This document shows, in pieces, positions 44,190 to 58,403 of a DNA stretch of 64,000 nt. The notes below the pieces were generated by a model. It saw only the letters and a program-made list of their open reading frames with translations. It did no database searches and was not told where the DNA came from. This stretch comes from Octopus vulgaris (taxonomy: Eukaryota), in contig OX597822.1 of assembly GCA_951406725.2 (NCBI GenBank), forward strand, positions 32,488,001 through 32,552,000, written 5' to 3'. The position numbers were made by a program, and so were the translations under genes. Numbering within the stretch: position 1 is the first letter of the stretch; the number at the start of each line of letters is the position of its first letter.

Positions 44190-44749
44190 GTTGAGTGAGA
44201 GAGCAGTGCATGCCATCAAAGTGACACTGGGGTACAAATATACGAAGCCCAGTATACCCATCATGACTACTTGTGTGATAAGTGTACACCAGTCACATGC
44301 ATCACAACCATATGAGCGCGACATGGTGATCTCATATCAAGATAAACAGCACATGACTTTGCAGGTGGGGCCCAGTTAGAATTTTCGTCTGGTCGAGTAG
44401 CCCATCCCGCTCAAAAGGTCCCTTAATAAGGATTGTTTAAGGATGTTAAACGAACCACCCATGTTTCCAAAGATGAATTATCCAAACCTCCAAGAATTCC
44501 TTTCAACACACGGGTATGATGCTCCCCCACTACGTCTGCTCGTGATCAGAGATGTACATATCGTCAGCCACTAAGAGACATGCTCAAGTGGTTAACGTCA
44601 AGCAACTGACAAGCAAATCTGTGATATTGAGCAGAATATTTGCTGTAGCCCATCTTTTATACCAAGACAAAACAATGTACATGATAACACTTCCACTCAG
44701 TTAAGATGAAAAGCCATGAGTGCCACTGTCTGGTACTGCATCAGGACAG

Positions 44750-44750
<1 letters not shown>
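44190..44750. mobile_element. Unclassified ~560-bp GC-richer insert within (TTA)n
   Basis: Sharp boundaries with (TTA)n on both sides; no recognisable ORF. Confidence 0.55.
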
Positions 44751-44803
<53 letters not shown>

Positions 44804-45037
44804 GTTGTTGTTGTTATTGTTATTATTATTGTTGTTGTTATTGTTATTATTATTATTATTATTGTTGTTGTTGTTATTGTTATTATTATTATTGTTGTTG
44901 TTATTGTTATTATTGTTGTTGTTATTGTTATTGTTATTATTGTTGTTGTTATTGTTATTATTGTTGTTGTTATTGTTATTATTATTATTATTGTTGTTGT
45001 TATTGTTATTATTAGTATCATTATTATTATTATTATT
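44751..45037. repeat. Compound (TTA)/(TTG) trinucleotide repeat
   Basis: Direct reading. Confidence 0.96.
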
Positions 45038-45631
45038 GGTTCCCTTTCTCATTTTCCTACTTTAGATAATCAGAAATGTGATTTTGTCGTGACACTGACA
45101 TATATGAAATATCATTATTGTCCAAAATGACTCAAAGGAATTGCTAATAATACGATGGAACGATAAATTTAAAAAATCCTCTCACACCCACAAAAGAAAA
45201 AGAATGCTAGATATATCATGCAAGAAAGAAAGAGAAATAACTAAAAATAATACAAATAAAATTAACTATAATTAGGCAAATATTATTTTGGATAGTACTG
45301 TGCTGTCCTTAATTTGCTTAACTTCAGCATGCATAAAATTTATTTACTTTGGGACAAAAGGTGCATAACATAGAATTCTTGTACGCATGATAAAAGCCAA
45401 TGAAAATCGTTCTGTTTTTTTTCCTGAAGAATTATGGTGTATTTAGAATTAGAAAAGTCAAGCTTGAAATAAGTTTGTAATTTTCAAATAAATCATTTAA
45501 GAGTGAAATGTTTTTTTTAGTCATTCCTAGTTTTCCAAGTAAGGAAATATTGAGAGTTAATGCGTCATTTGGCAAGTCTCCTAAAGACTATTCAACCGAA
45601 TCGAATTATTGGGGCATGAAGAAATGTATAC

Positions 45632-45706
<75 letters not shown>

Positions 45707-45877
45707 GAGAGAGAAAGAGGGAGAGAGAGAGAGTGCGCGCGAGAGAGGGATAGACAGACAGAGAAATATGTATATATGTATGTATCTACCTATCTATCTA
45801 TATATATATATATATATATATCGCGTATGTAACACATACACACACACACACAAACATATATGTATTACGTATGTATG

Positions 45878-45917
<40 letters not shown>

Positions 45918-45951
45918 TAGGGAGAGACAGACAGACAGAGAAATATGTATG

Positions 45952-46022
<71 letters not shown>

Positions 46023-46096
46023 CCATAGTATATATGGTGTATATACGTACATTTTAAATAAGATTGTGCCGTGTGTGGGCGTATGTATCTCTCTTC

Positions 46097-46147
<51 letters not shown>

Positions 46148-46799
46148 CCAGACAGGGGGAAAAGTTATATAGGTACATAGACACCCAGACAGATATTCAC
46201 TGTAATCTTAAAAATGAGATATGAATTTTAACCGAGCCAATTCTTTTACAGAAACATAATTCAGTTTGAGGAAACTGATTTATAACAAGACAGGTTTAGT
46301 GTATGTTCGACTCAGACCATGTATATCATATCGGCATTGCTAGTAGAAAATTGATCCGAGTATAAGAAAGAGATCAATGATTCAGTTTCAATGTTTCTAT
46401 ACAATTTATGAATGATAAAGTATGACCTCAGTGGACTAATGCCGATATATTAACTGGAACCAAAAATTTTCTGTGCATCTTCTCAGTTTTATATCTATGT
46501 TATTTTGGCACGTGAAGTGTGGCTTATATGGTGTTAATAATTCACTCTTGATTTTGCAGAGACGTGTTGGAAATAGGTAGAGAGAATTTGCCAAGTGAAA
46601 ATAAGATAAACGGAGCTGGACAGTCCTAAAAAAGATAGACAAAGCGAAGTGCAGTAGATGATGGAAAGAAGTACATATATGTAAGTATACGTACCTTCAT
46701 ATATACATATATATATATATATATATATGTACGTGTGCGTGTGTGTGTGTGGGTTTGTAAATTTGTTTGTGTGTGTGTATATACATAAAGTAAATGATG

Positions 46800-47795
46800 A
46801 GTTTTGTCCCAAAGGTCACTGCTATTCATATTTGCCCTCAGAGGCATGTCTTTAGCTGCTCAGATACCCACACTTTCTAGCAATGCAGATAATACAAAAG
46901 TCTCTGTGAGGATAAACAACCCTAGAGAAGTTGCGCATCTGCAGCAGTAGTTGGACACAATATACAGGTGAACTGATGATGATAATGATATGCAGTTTCA
47001 TGTGGCAGAATTCTAAGTCTTGCTCTACAAACACACGAAACTGACTGAAAAGCAGATAAGATACTTTGGCCCCAGCAGAGATTGCTATCTCCGAATCAAA
47101 ATTAGTGTACGACCTTGAAATTGACATGAGCAATGATGCATCTTTCCAGGTGAATATTACTAAGTTGGCAATAAAATAAGAAGGTTGGCCGAATGGACTG
47201 TAAGATCCTTCAAATCATGAGAGCAGGAAACCATGAAGGTCCTCTTAGAGAATATTTATCTTCAGCAGATTAGATTAATGCTCGCAAATATGGTCACCAC
47301 ACTGTAATATTAACGACGGAATACGAAGCAATCCAGCAAAGTTACACAAAGATCGTCTCGACGTGACATGTCAGTTACTAAGAGAAACTGAACAAGTTAA
47401 GACTCTACTACCCATAACGATTTGCAGTGTAATACATCTGGAAAATTTGTAGCAAATTTGGTATTGAAAGTTTCACAAACGGCAGAATAGGGTGCTGCTG
47501 CATAATGCCAAAGATCCCGATGTTGCTTCCAGGATACAGGACCAGATATCTCTTCAATATTCCTCCCAAAAGAATGAGAGACATATATGGGTTAGTTGTA
47601 CGCGTCCGCAAAACAAGCCGAGATCTCCTCTTGTTAAGGCTTCCGTATGACGTTGATAAGAGGAACAACGTCAAACTCGCTTATTCAGAATATCCCATTT
47701 ATCAGAGCAGATTTCAAGTAGTGAAAATGTAGCAAGGCTAACGGCGGTGACAATTATTGCTGCAGCACCCAAGCTAGAACTGGTAAATAAAAAAT
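46800..47795 (+). mobile_element. Degenerate CR1-group LINE, RT C-terminus to 3' end
   Basis: Collinear with the reverse complement of 9897-10820 (ADNTKVS, DLEIDMSNDASFQV, CGGCGGTG 3' motif, AAATAAAAAATA tail). Confidence 0.78.
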
Positions 47796-48409
47796 ATACC
47801 TACCTACTTACCAACCTACTTACCTGCCTACATACATACATATATGAATTTATATAGATACATGCATATATGTACATATATTTATACACTTACATGTATA
47901 TATGTATATAAGTATATGTATATGAATATATATGTGTGTATGTGTGTGTGAGTGTGATTGTGTGTATGTGTAAATATATATGTAAATGCATGCATATGTT
48001 TATATATGTAAATATATATATATATATATTTATATAAACATATATATATATATTTATATACAATATATACATACATATGTATATTTATATAGGTATTTAA
48101 TTATCTATACATACATATATATTTACAGACATATATATATATATATATATTTATTTATATATACATATATATATATCTATATATATACGCATATATATAT
48201 ATATACATATATTTGTATATACACATTTATATCTACATATATATATTCATATACACACACTTACATATATATTTAGAGATACATGTATAGATATATACAT
48301 TTATGCATATTTAGTTGTATATACATTAATATATGTGTGTATGTGTATGTATAGATATGTATACCTATGTATGTATATATGTATCTATTTGTGTATATAT
48401 GTATAAGAC

Positions 48410-48955
48410 TACAATCATTCAGGCTACTAGAAGCGCCCAACTCGTCTCCAGCCTCATCTTTCACAAAGCATTTTAGAAGGCTTCTCAGAAAGCAGTGACA
48501 GAACAAAACGTGTTTACCAGTTCCTCCTTCTCAAGATACTGATATAAAGGTGTTGCACATTATGACAATCATGCATGATATATGCAGTAAGTTTGCTCCG
48601 GAAGGAACACGAGAGAAATGGAAAATGTAATTCCGGGAGATAGGAGGATTCAACTGTTTTATCTCAGACATTTCGTGAGATCGAAAACGAACTCACAAAA
48701 CCCACAGCTATTTAACGCTTTACCAAAATATGAGAGGGATCTCTATGAAGCAAGGTTAGATGTTTTCAAGAAACAACTTGCCCTCCTGTTAACCAGGATC
48801 CCAGATGAAAATATGATGTCAGGAAACTCAAAAGTGTGCAACAGAGTTAAGCTCTCTCTCTCTTTCACCAAAAATCACTGACATAAAATTGGCCATTCAA
48901 AGCGTGATTAAACTGGCACAGTCTTAGGGCTGAAACATGAAATGGAATAAAATAA
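48410..48955 (+). mobile_element. Degenerate CR1-group LINE 3' fragment
   Basis: PQLFNALPKYERDL...DVFKKQL..LL..IPDE; GCTGAAACA..AATAAAATAA tail. Confidence 0.65.
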
Positions 48956-48959
48956 TATG

Positions 48960-49315
<356 letters not shown>

Positions 49316-50578
49316 GATAGATAGATAAATAGATATAGATACACAGATATAGATATATATTTATATATATGTACATACATACAAACATACGTACATAAAT
49401 GCATAAGTATATATAGATTTTTATAAGTGCGTTTGTGTCTCTTTCTTTTTGCCAATATAAGTGTAAGCGATTTCCTCTCGGTTTCCAGCATTAATACGTT
49501 ATCCCATTTTAGATCTCATCTGAAAGAATCAAGGATAATACTATAGTAATACATTAATTAAATATTTTAGGTTTACTGTAATAGATTGCCCGTTCTTCCA
49601 CAAATTTTGTGATCTTTGATTTCGAAAGAATAAAAGGCCTCACATTTATTACGTTTCAACTCCGTGAATACCTTCAAAGAATAAAACTTTCTACAATATA
49701 TGAAAGAGAATTTTGTTTAAAATTCGGTCACTATTCGATCCTTAGAAGATTTTTAGTTCTCCGAAATCGTTTTTCTATTGATATTTTATCTTCACTTTGG
49801 AATATGAAATATTTATAAGTCCTTGAAATAATGGAGAATGTTTCGATTTACAATTGCTTCTTTACGACAAACTAACACACGAATTTTGCAGTCAATAAAA
49901 GTATTGTATACAATGGTGTGGCTTTAAGAACGGCAATGAGAAAATCTCAATAGCGTAAGTTGATTGCCGATTATATACATATATGTGTGTGTGTGCGTGT
50001 GTGTGGGTGGTGTAAGTATATATATATGTATGTATCAATAAATATAAAAGGGGAATATCTTTATAACCACTATGTGGAAACACTTACGCTGGAAGAAGAT
50101 CCACTATATTTTTGTTACTTTTCATTTGTCTTGCTCGCTTAAGTTTTTCATGTGCTAAATTTTTCTGGAGAGCAAATCTTATTGGTTAAGACCATGGTGG
50201 ATCTTCTAGCGTAAAATATAAAAAATATTACTTCTTATATTTATGTATGAAATACTGTTTACTGAATTTCCTTTTTTTTTATATGCTAGACCACTGGTGT
50301 TAAAATTGATGATATCAAATTAATAGCCAATTTTTCACCCTCATTTTGATTTTGTATGTATCAATATGTATATATGTACGTTTATATACATGTACTTATA
50401 TATATAAATATGTGTGTGTGTATGGACGTAGGTATATATGTATACATATGTATGTATATGTGTGTATGTATATGTATATTCATGTATGTTCGTATGTTTA
50501 TATATGTATGTATATATATATGTGTATATATATGTGTGTATATATATATATGTATCTCGCTCTCTCTCTCTCTATATA

Positions 50579-50617
<39 letters not shown>

Positions 50618-50765
50618 TATGTATATGCATATATGTGTATGTATAAATATATATATATATATGTAGGTATGTATATATGTATGTATATATATATATATCT
50701 TTCTATATATATATATGTGTATATGTGTGTGTATGTGTGTGTATGTATATGTATGTGTATATATA

Positions 50766-52001
50766 CAGAGATTGGACAAAATAATGGAAACACCTTAAAA
50801 TTTGAAACAAATTTAATTTAATATGTGGTAGGACCGCCTTTGCCAGTATTTACACCTTGCAGTCTACCAGGTATGGTCTCATACACAGTTGGAATTGTTT
50901 CCAAAGGTATTTTCGTCCATTATTCTGCTAATACAGTCTCTAGTTCTTATAGTAATGATGGTGGAAGATATCGGCTCCATTACTTGTATTCCTAAATTGC
51001 ACCGTAAATGTTCAATAATATTGAGACCTGGGGACTGTGGTGGCCAGATAAGATGTTCAACTTCACTAGAATGTTCTTTGCGCCATTCAGGATCAATTTT
51101 AGCTGTGTGAATTGGTGCATTATCTTTCTGAAAGATTGCGTTTCCCTCTGGAAACACCTCCGCAACAATATGATTAATTTGATCAGATAACATACTTTAA
51201 AAGTCTTGACTGTCAATTCTGCAAATAAGGCGAATTTCCAAGATATAGCTCCCCAGATCAACACATATCCTGCTCCATGTTTAACCGCTGGTAGAAAGCA
51301 GACTGAGTCAATGCTTCTTTTGGCTGTCTCCGCACGTATACTCGGCCGCTTGTCGGAAATAAGGTAAAGGATGACCCGTCCGAGAAATTAACTTCCTTCC
51401 ACTGCTCAAGTGACTAATTCTGTAGGTTTTTACTTCACTCTAAACGCTTTGCAACGTTTCTTTTGAAAGTAGTGGTTTTATGATTGCAGCCCTCCAGTTA
51501 AATTTGGCTTTGTGCAGCTCCTGGCAAACATTTTTGGTGGAAACTAGGTTCTTGAGGTGGTCATTAAGCTCTGCAGTCATTTTGGGAACTGTACTTTTGT
51601 GATCCTTTCTAAGAATTCGCATAAGAATCCGACGGTCCCTCTCTGAAAGTTTTGGTTTTCTTCCGGAATTTTGTTTCGACAAGGAGGTTTTTCTCTCTTA
51701 GTCAAAGGTTGTACTTTTTGATACACCAAACATTTCAGCTGTTTTCGTTATGCTAGCGCATTCCATACGAGCACCAACAATTTGACACTTTGAAAGTCTA
51801 ATAGCTCCGCCATTTTAATGAATTTTAATTACCTTTTTTTGATGATATAAAAAAAGAAACGGCAATATTAGCAAAACATATTAGGCAACATTAATAATAA
51901 ACCCAAAAGATTAAAATAGACAAGATTTTTATGGTTTTATAGATATCTCAAAATTATGATGCTGTGATGCTAGGTGTTTCCACTATTTTGTCAAACCCCC
52001 G
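50766..52001 (-). mobile_element. Full-length Tc1-family DNA transposon, DD36E type (~1.24 kb)
   Basis: ~30-bp TIRs CAGAGATTGGACAAAATAATGGAAACACCT / AGGTGTTTCCACTATTTTGTCAAACCCCCG; TA at the left flank. Confidence 0.9.
50818..51813 (-). pseudogene. Tc1 transposase pseudogene (frameshifted)
   Basis: MAELLDF.., QIVGAR..TAEMFGVSKST, SGRKPKLSERDRR, FSD, LIWGAISW, FQKDNAPIH, WPPQSPGLNIIEHL, GGPTTY*. Confidence 0.9.
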
Positions 52002-52040
52002 TCTATATGTATGTATTTATATATGTATATACATGTATGC

Positions 52041-52128
<88 letters not shown>

Positions 52129-52204
52129 TTGTATATATATATGTACTTGTATATATACATGTATTTGTATATATACATGTATTTGTATATATATATATGT
52201 ATTT

Positions 52205-52551
52205 GTATGTATATATATATATATCGGAGACCCCCTTCGGTCACGACACAGCCCATAAGATTGCACCTAGAAAGTTACCCTCCTAGACACAAGTTCGGTG
52301 AGGTGGTTTATGGAAGACCAGTAGTCGCCCATGCATACCGGCCTCCCCTCTCCACGTCACCAGTGTTATCCAAGGGAAAGACAAAGGTTGATACAGCTTG
52401 GCACCAGTGACGTCGCAACTCATTTCTAAAGCTGAGTGAACTGGAGCAACGTGAAATAAAGTGCCTTGCTCAAGAACACAACACGCAGCCCGATCCGGGA
52501 TTCGAGCTCACGATCGTAAGCTCGACGCTCTAACCGCTGAGCCATGCGACT

Positions 52552-52554
<3 letters not shown>
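52205..52554 (-). mobile_element. SINE, family B-related head with a different 3' half
   Basis: Reverse complement GTGAAGTCGCATGGCTCAGCGGTTAGAGCG, CTCGAATCCCGG, TTCTTGAGCAAGGCACTTTATTTCACGTTGCTCCAG. Confidence 0.75.
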
Positions 52555-52635
<81 letters not shown>

Positions 52636-52699
52636 TGTAAGTATACATATGGTTTTCTGAAAAGCAGGAGTCTTGTACCCAAAGATGCTCGCTCTGAAG

Positions 52700-53236
52700 A
52701 GACACCAATTCTCATCGGAGTTCAACAGAGAACTGTAGTGCGGACACTACTATTTGTGGTGGCTCTCTCAGACATACCTTCCGCCGTACTGTCAGTTATG
52801 CTGGCGAAACAAAAATATCGCAGGCAGTTAGGAACTCAGAGTATATCATAAAAATGCAGAACGATCTAAATGAAATATACAACTGGGTTAACAAAATTAA
52901 CATAGATATTAGTGCTATGAAATTTCAAGCACTACACTATCGGTCCAACACCAGGCTAAAATCTGAATACTCTGGACCAGAAAGAAATACGATCCTAGTG
53001 TCAGATTCCTTGCAGGACCTGGAGGTTCACACGAGCAAAGATGCAACATTCCATGTACATATTACCAATATGGCAACACTGTGGAGTCTAGTAGCTGGGT
53101 AGATTCTGAGGACATTCAGAACCAGGAACTGGGAGGCCTTACTACTCCTATGGAGAAGCTTCACTCGATCCCAATTGAGAGAGGCTAAAGGAACTGAGGC
53201 TCTATTCCCTGGAGAGAAGTCGAGAGAGATACGCAT
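52700..53236 (+). mobile_element. Degenerate CR1-group LINE RT fragment
   Basis: GVQQRTV, SYAGETK, MQNDLNEIYNW, KFQALHY, DLEVH, ILRTFRTR. Confidence 0.72.
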
Positions 53237-54061
53237 TTCGCCTGAATGTCAGGGATCAGAATTTCGATGCTAATTTAAATGTTGTCTTTTCATCACTATC
53301 TCTTCTTTTCCCAGCGAGACTTTTCATTTTATAAACTGTCGTAATCCCTCAATACCTCCAACAAAAATTGCTCAACGGCAGCTTTTTGCATGCCAAATCT
53401 CTCCCAAGTAACACATGATCGAAATAATAAGAAGAAATGCATGTTAAGCAATATTGCCCAGGAGTGATTAGCATACTCATAGTTGGAAAGATTTCATGAC
53501 AGGTCTACTGAACCTCAATTCATCCAGAGTCTGATATTAAAGCAACAAACTCTACAGCTACTTTCCACTATATTTACTTATCAGTTAAAGTAAACTACAC
53601 CACAAACATGCTATTATATTAGAGGATCTGAAAATCACTTTTGAAAGAGTCGGTAGATACGTGTATATCTACAACATGTAACTATTTGGTCTTTATAATT
53701 TATATATTTTTATCTTCACTTACATCTCCTTATTCTCATCTAAAGATTTGAAAATAGAAATATTTGTCATTTTTAAAGGAAAAGTGCATACAGCAGAAAG
53801 AATACAGTAATTTTCACATCGATAAAATAGAACTCCTCTCCTTCAGATTTATTTCGGCCCACGTCAAATAGATCTTTTTCCAAATCAGGTATTTTATTTC
53901 TGAAAACGGCTAAAACTACGATAACTAATTAATATACATATTTCACATTTATAACATCACCCACACACATACAAACACATAAATATATGTGTGTTCGTAT
54001 AGTTTATATATACTTACATATATATATATATATATAGTTTGTGTGTGTATATATATATGTA

Positions 54062-54510
54062 TATAATCAAAATTAGCAACATGGATATTCAAAGGTAGTG
54101 TAGTACAATCGTTTCATGCTACTTCATTTAATTAAACAATGTAAATATTACATCAGATTTAAAATGTAGAGTACTCTTCTACCCTTCTACTACCATGTTC
54201 TTACTGATGAAATTCCCCTCTCTGTCTATATATCTACCCTCTGTGTAATGTTGGCAAATGGAATAAGTATGAAAATGAACATTGTCAATTTAATTTTAAA
54301 AATCCCATATGTGGCTGAAGATTGCTCTACATTGTAAAGCTGATGCAATACTTACATTGTTTAATTAAATAAAGTAGCATGAAACGATTGTACTACACAA
54401 ACTTTGGATATCCTTGTTGCTTATTTTGATTATAATCACCCCATTTGATTTATATGGATAATACCATACCAAATTCCGGTGTATTTAACTTAAGTACCAT
54501 AGTCATCTGA
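54062..54510 (+). mobile_element. PLE-derived foldback with right-hand tail
   Basis: Arms 54062-54172 / 54325-54433, tail to ~54510, (TA)n flanks. Confidence 0.78.
54310..54397 (+). ncRNA. Type I hammerhead with long stem II
   Basis: UGUGG-CUGAAGA-U UGCU...AGCA U-GAAA-CGAUUG-UA-CUACA; GUA site at 54390-54392. Confidence 0.68.
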
Positions 54511-54519
54511 ATCTATCTA

Positions 54520-54564
<45 letters not shown>

Positions 54565-54800
54565 TTAAAAATGGGATAAAATCTTCATAAGAAATTATCA
54601 AGTAGTTAGCGTGCAAAAACCTCATAAGAGAAAAAATCCGTAAATTTTCTCAACTTGAAAATATTTATTTATATTATATAATCAACATTATTACACATAG
54701 ATGTCGCACGCTGGGAGGGACTTTTAAAGTCAAAAATACCAGAATAAACAAATTGTACCGAATGCAATCTTCGAAGCGAGTCATTTAAAAACAGAATTTA

Positions 54801-54864
54801 GTTACATATCACCTGTGATTTCGCAATCAATGCAATATATGCATTTTATGTTCTTCAGTGCAAC
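54801..54864 (-). ncRNA. Type I hammerhead in a (TA)n-flanked insert (54562-54885)
   Basis: GUUGCA-CUGAAGA-ACA..AAUGCA(UAUAU)UGCAUU..UGC-GAAA-UCAC(AG)GUGA-UA-UGUAAC; 6-bp stem I; AUA site. Confidence 0.72.
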
Positions 54865-54989
54865 GAACTCAAGACATGTATTAATATATATATATATATA
54901 TATACGTGTGTGTGTATGTGTGTGCGTGTGTGTGGGTGTGTGGGTGGGTGTATTACTGTTGTGTTGAACCAGGTCATAAAGGATAGTGC

Positions 54990-55690
54990 AACATTGGCGA
55001 CAAAACATTTGTGGAGTAAATTTTAAAGTTTTGTATAAACGACAATGAGTTTAGCACACCAATTTGGCGAACATTATCATTCTTATAAGAATGGAATGGG
55101 TCATATCTGAAAGCAGCTCCAGATGTTGTGAAGAACACATTTGTACGTGGTCTGTTTCGGAGTAATTTTCTATTGGACCGAGGTGTAATCTGGCGTCTTA
55201 AAATTTGTTTTAATGATTCCGCAATATCTACTGCAACATGACTTTGCTGATCTTGAGAGAGTCTCATCTCCCTTCTCTCTTGAGACTCGCTCTGATGTGC
55301 TGTTGCATGCCTTGCTGATCCTGAGAAAGCCTCATCTCCCTTGTGATTTGCTTCAGCAAGCCTTTACCAACCCTAAGAAAGTGTCATCTCCCTCGGGACT
55401 CTATCAGACGTGCTGCAGCATACTCTTGCTGATGTTGAGAAAGTCTCCTCTTCCTTCTCCCTTGAATCTGTATTTGACGTGCTGCAGCATGCGCTTGGTG
55501 ATCTTTGGAAAGTGCCATATTCTTTGTGTATTGAGACTCAATCTGACGTGCTGCAGCATGCTTTGGTTAATGTTGAGAAAGTTTCATGTCCCTTATCTCT
55601 TGAAACTCACGCCTTCGGTTTTCTGCACGTTCTGTGTTTCGTTGCTTCATAGGTGTTTTCGGAGAGATTGCGTTTTTTCTTTGGTAGCAT
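54990..55690 (-). pseudogene. Helitron RepHel N-terminus with STPR-like 23-aa (69-bp) repeats
   Basis: MLPKKKRNLSENT start; repeats such as ESQERREMRLSQDQQSH and RRLSQHQQEYAAARLIES; then AAFRYDP..Y..IG and a CxxCC-like remnant; stops and frameshifts present. Confidence 0.72.
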
Positions 55691-55971
55691 AGTTTTTATC
55701 GATATTTTACAAAACAATTATTAACAAAGAAAAGAATATACATTAATCTCTATTTTTGTAAGCAGTTGTATGTTATGCAGTAGGTTTATATATTTGTATG
55801 CAGTGTAAATTAAGCAGATATGAGAAAATTGTAAATACCTTCCAACCTTGCAATTACTGCGATAATTATGAGCTGTTAATTGAACGGCAGTTGTCTATTT
55901 TTGTATAAGGTGGACCTTCCACGTATTTGTTTTTTTGTCAAGAGTGTCACCCAGCCGTTGTTGTCACACAA

Positions 55972-56059
<88 letters not shown>

Positions 56060-56729
56060 ATGTCTCTGTGTGTGTAGAGAGAGAGAGAGATGTGTGTTTT
56101 ATAACGAACGTAACGTTCATGCAAACACACACGCACTCACAGACGCATACACTCACATACATATAGTAAGAAAGACACACTTTCAGCCATACACCCATGC
56201 ATGTCAGTCGTCACATGTGTATATGTATGAGTAGATGTATGTGCGTTTATTAACGTACCTAACGCGGAAACAAGCATGCAGTCATAGGACATACAAGCAT
56301 ATATACACACACTAGGAGACATGGTTGTTGTCCTAGTATAAAATATCCTTTACTATCTTGGACGTATCAAACTCGCAATCACACACACAAAAGTGAATGA
56401 ATAAAAGTGAAACAATACTATATCCCACAAGGAAGTCAATTTGTAGACAGGAAGTACAAATCCCATTTTAGCGTATAAAGCTGTAGAAGAAAATAGACTG
56501 AGTGAAAAACTTGAGCCACGCATGAACGCTCAGTGGCGTCATTGATTTCTCATCAGTTAGTAATGAAGGCTTATCGGCTATCTCAAAATGGTTTTCGATA
56601 GAGAGAGAAGTGTAAATCGTGTATTTAAATAGACAGAGTGCAAGAAATTTTAAAATAAGTAATGTTGAAGGGAGAACGTACAAGTAGTGTGAAGACAGCG
56701 ATATTTACGCACGCCAAAATTGAGATAGC

Positions 56730-56862
56730 TAGATGGATAAATAGAGAGATAGATGGATGGATAAACAGAGAGTGAGATATAGATGGATGGATAAACAAAG
56801 AGTGTGAGATAGATGCAGGGATAAAAACAGAAAGAGGTAGATGGATGGATAAATAGATAGAC
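56730..56862. repeat. Degenerate ~32-bp minisatellite (GATAGATGGATGGATAAACAGAGAGTGA)
   Basis: About four units visible. Confidence 0.7.
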
Positions 56863-57542
56863 AGTGGAACATACTATATCGGAGGTTTATGCATGGATTT
56901 GTGCTGTAATATCTATGCATGTGGGTATGTGTGTGTGTGTGTCGACATATTGACAATCGAAAACTCAGAATACGCCACATATACCTAACTATGAAATTTA
57001 TGGAATAGACCTATAAATCCATATAATTTATTGATTTTACATTTGATTCAAGAAGACATTGGATACGAGATAACGTTAGCGTGTTTCATTTGCATTCACC
57101 AAGGTCACTTGCCAGCAAATTAAACTACTTAAATATCTTATATTATTCAACATTTTAATCGTATGCTGCAAAAGAATATTGCATAGTCTTAAATAGCTCT
57201 AGGTATTACACATGGAAGTTCGCAGGAACGTCGCATGTTCAGAAACGTGATATGAATGTTACTGATGTATGAGTCCCTTCATTTAGCAATATTGATGCTA
57301 AGTTCTCTAATAGTACAATTTCTGTTTCGTATCGATTGCAATAAAATTCAGGTTTCCGATTAAACTTCTGCTGCACTAGATTTTTTCAGTTTCTTCAGGT
57401 TTGCCAATACTGAGTTTTATGTATTCGATCTCTCTTTGAGGAATTTATTTCACTCTGGTATGTATATATTTATTACTTTGTGCATTTTTTATTTTTCAAA
57501 TTTTCGATCCACACAAACTCCCAAACACACACACATAATATA

Positions 57543-57603
<61 letters not shown>

Positions 57604-57708
57604 CGACAGAGAAAAAGAGAGGGACATAGAGAGCGAGAAAGAGAGAGAGACAATAACACGCTCAAACACATACACAAACAGATAAATACACACACACACA
57701 TATATATA

Positions 57709-57757
<49 letters not shown>

Positions 57758-58226
57758 TGTGTGTGTGTGTGTCTGTATACACACACACATATATAGGAGT
57801 GTATACATATAGATAGATACACAGAACTATATATATATATATATATATATATAGATGCATACATGCATAGAAATATATATATAAGCATGTATATGTTGTA
57901 TGAACATGGGTATGTATGAATATTTGTACATATGCATACACAACTATCTATTTGGGTCTGTAAACACACAGCAAGTAATAGATCTTTTGTTTTATTGGAA
58001 TTTTCTGTTCGACATTAATATATTTTTCACGTCGCTCACATAAGGACAGCTGCGTATGCATCCTTCTTCATCTCAATAAATTTGAATATCGACTTTTCGT
58101 ACACTATTCTCCTCTATAGATCTGCCCCTTGATTTTTCGACCCATTTCTTCATTTTATCAATATAATTTTTGTATCCACATTCATGCGTAGATATCACAA
58201 GGGGTGTGCAACAATATATACACGAA

Positions 58227-58263
<37 letters not shown>

Positions 58264-58361
58264 TAATACATATATATATATATATAAATACATATATATA
58301 TATATAAATTAATATATATATATATATAAATTAATATATATATATATATATAATATATATA

Positions 58362-58403
<42 letters not shown>

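Noticed and set aside
50020-50255. Weak foldback (TTACGCTGGAAGAAGATCCACTAT / ATGGTGGATCTTCTAGCGTAA)
   Set aside because: Too degenerate to assign; no ribozyme motif.
55213-55692. 159-aa and 80-aa plus-strand ORFs with repeats
   Set aside because: Antisense shadows of the minus-strand STPR-like remnant.
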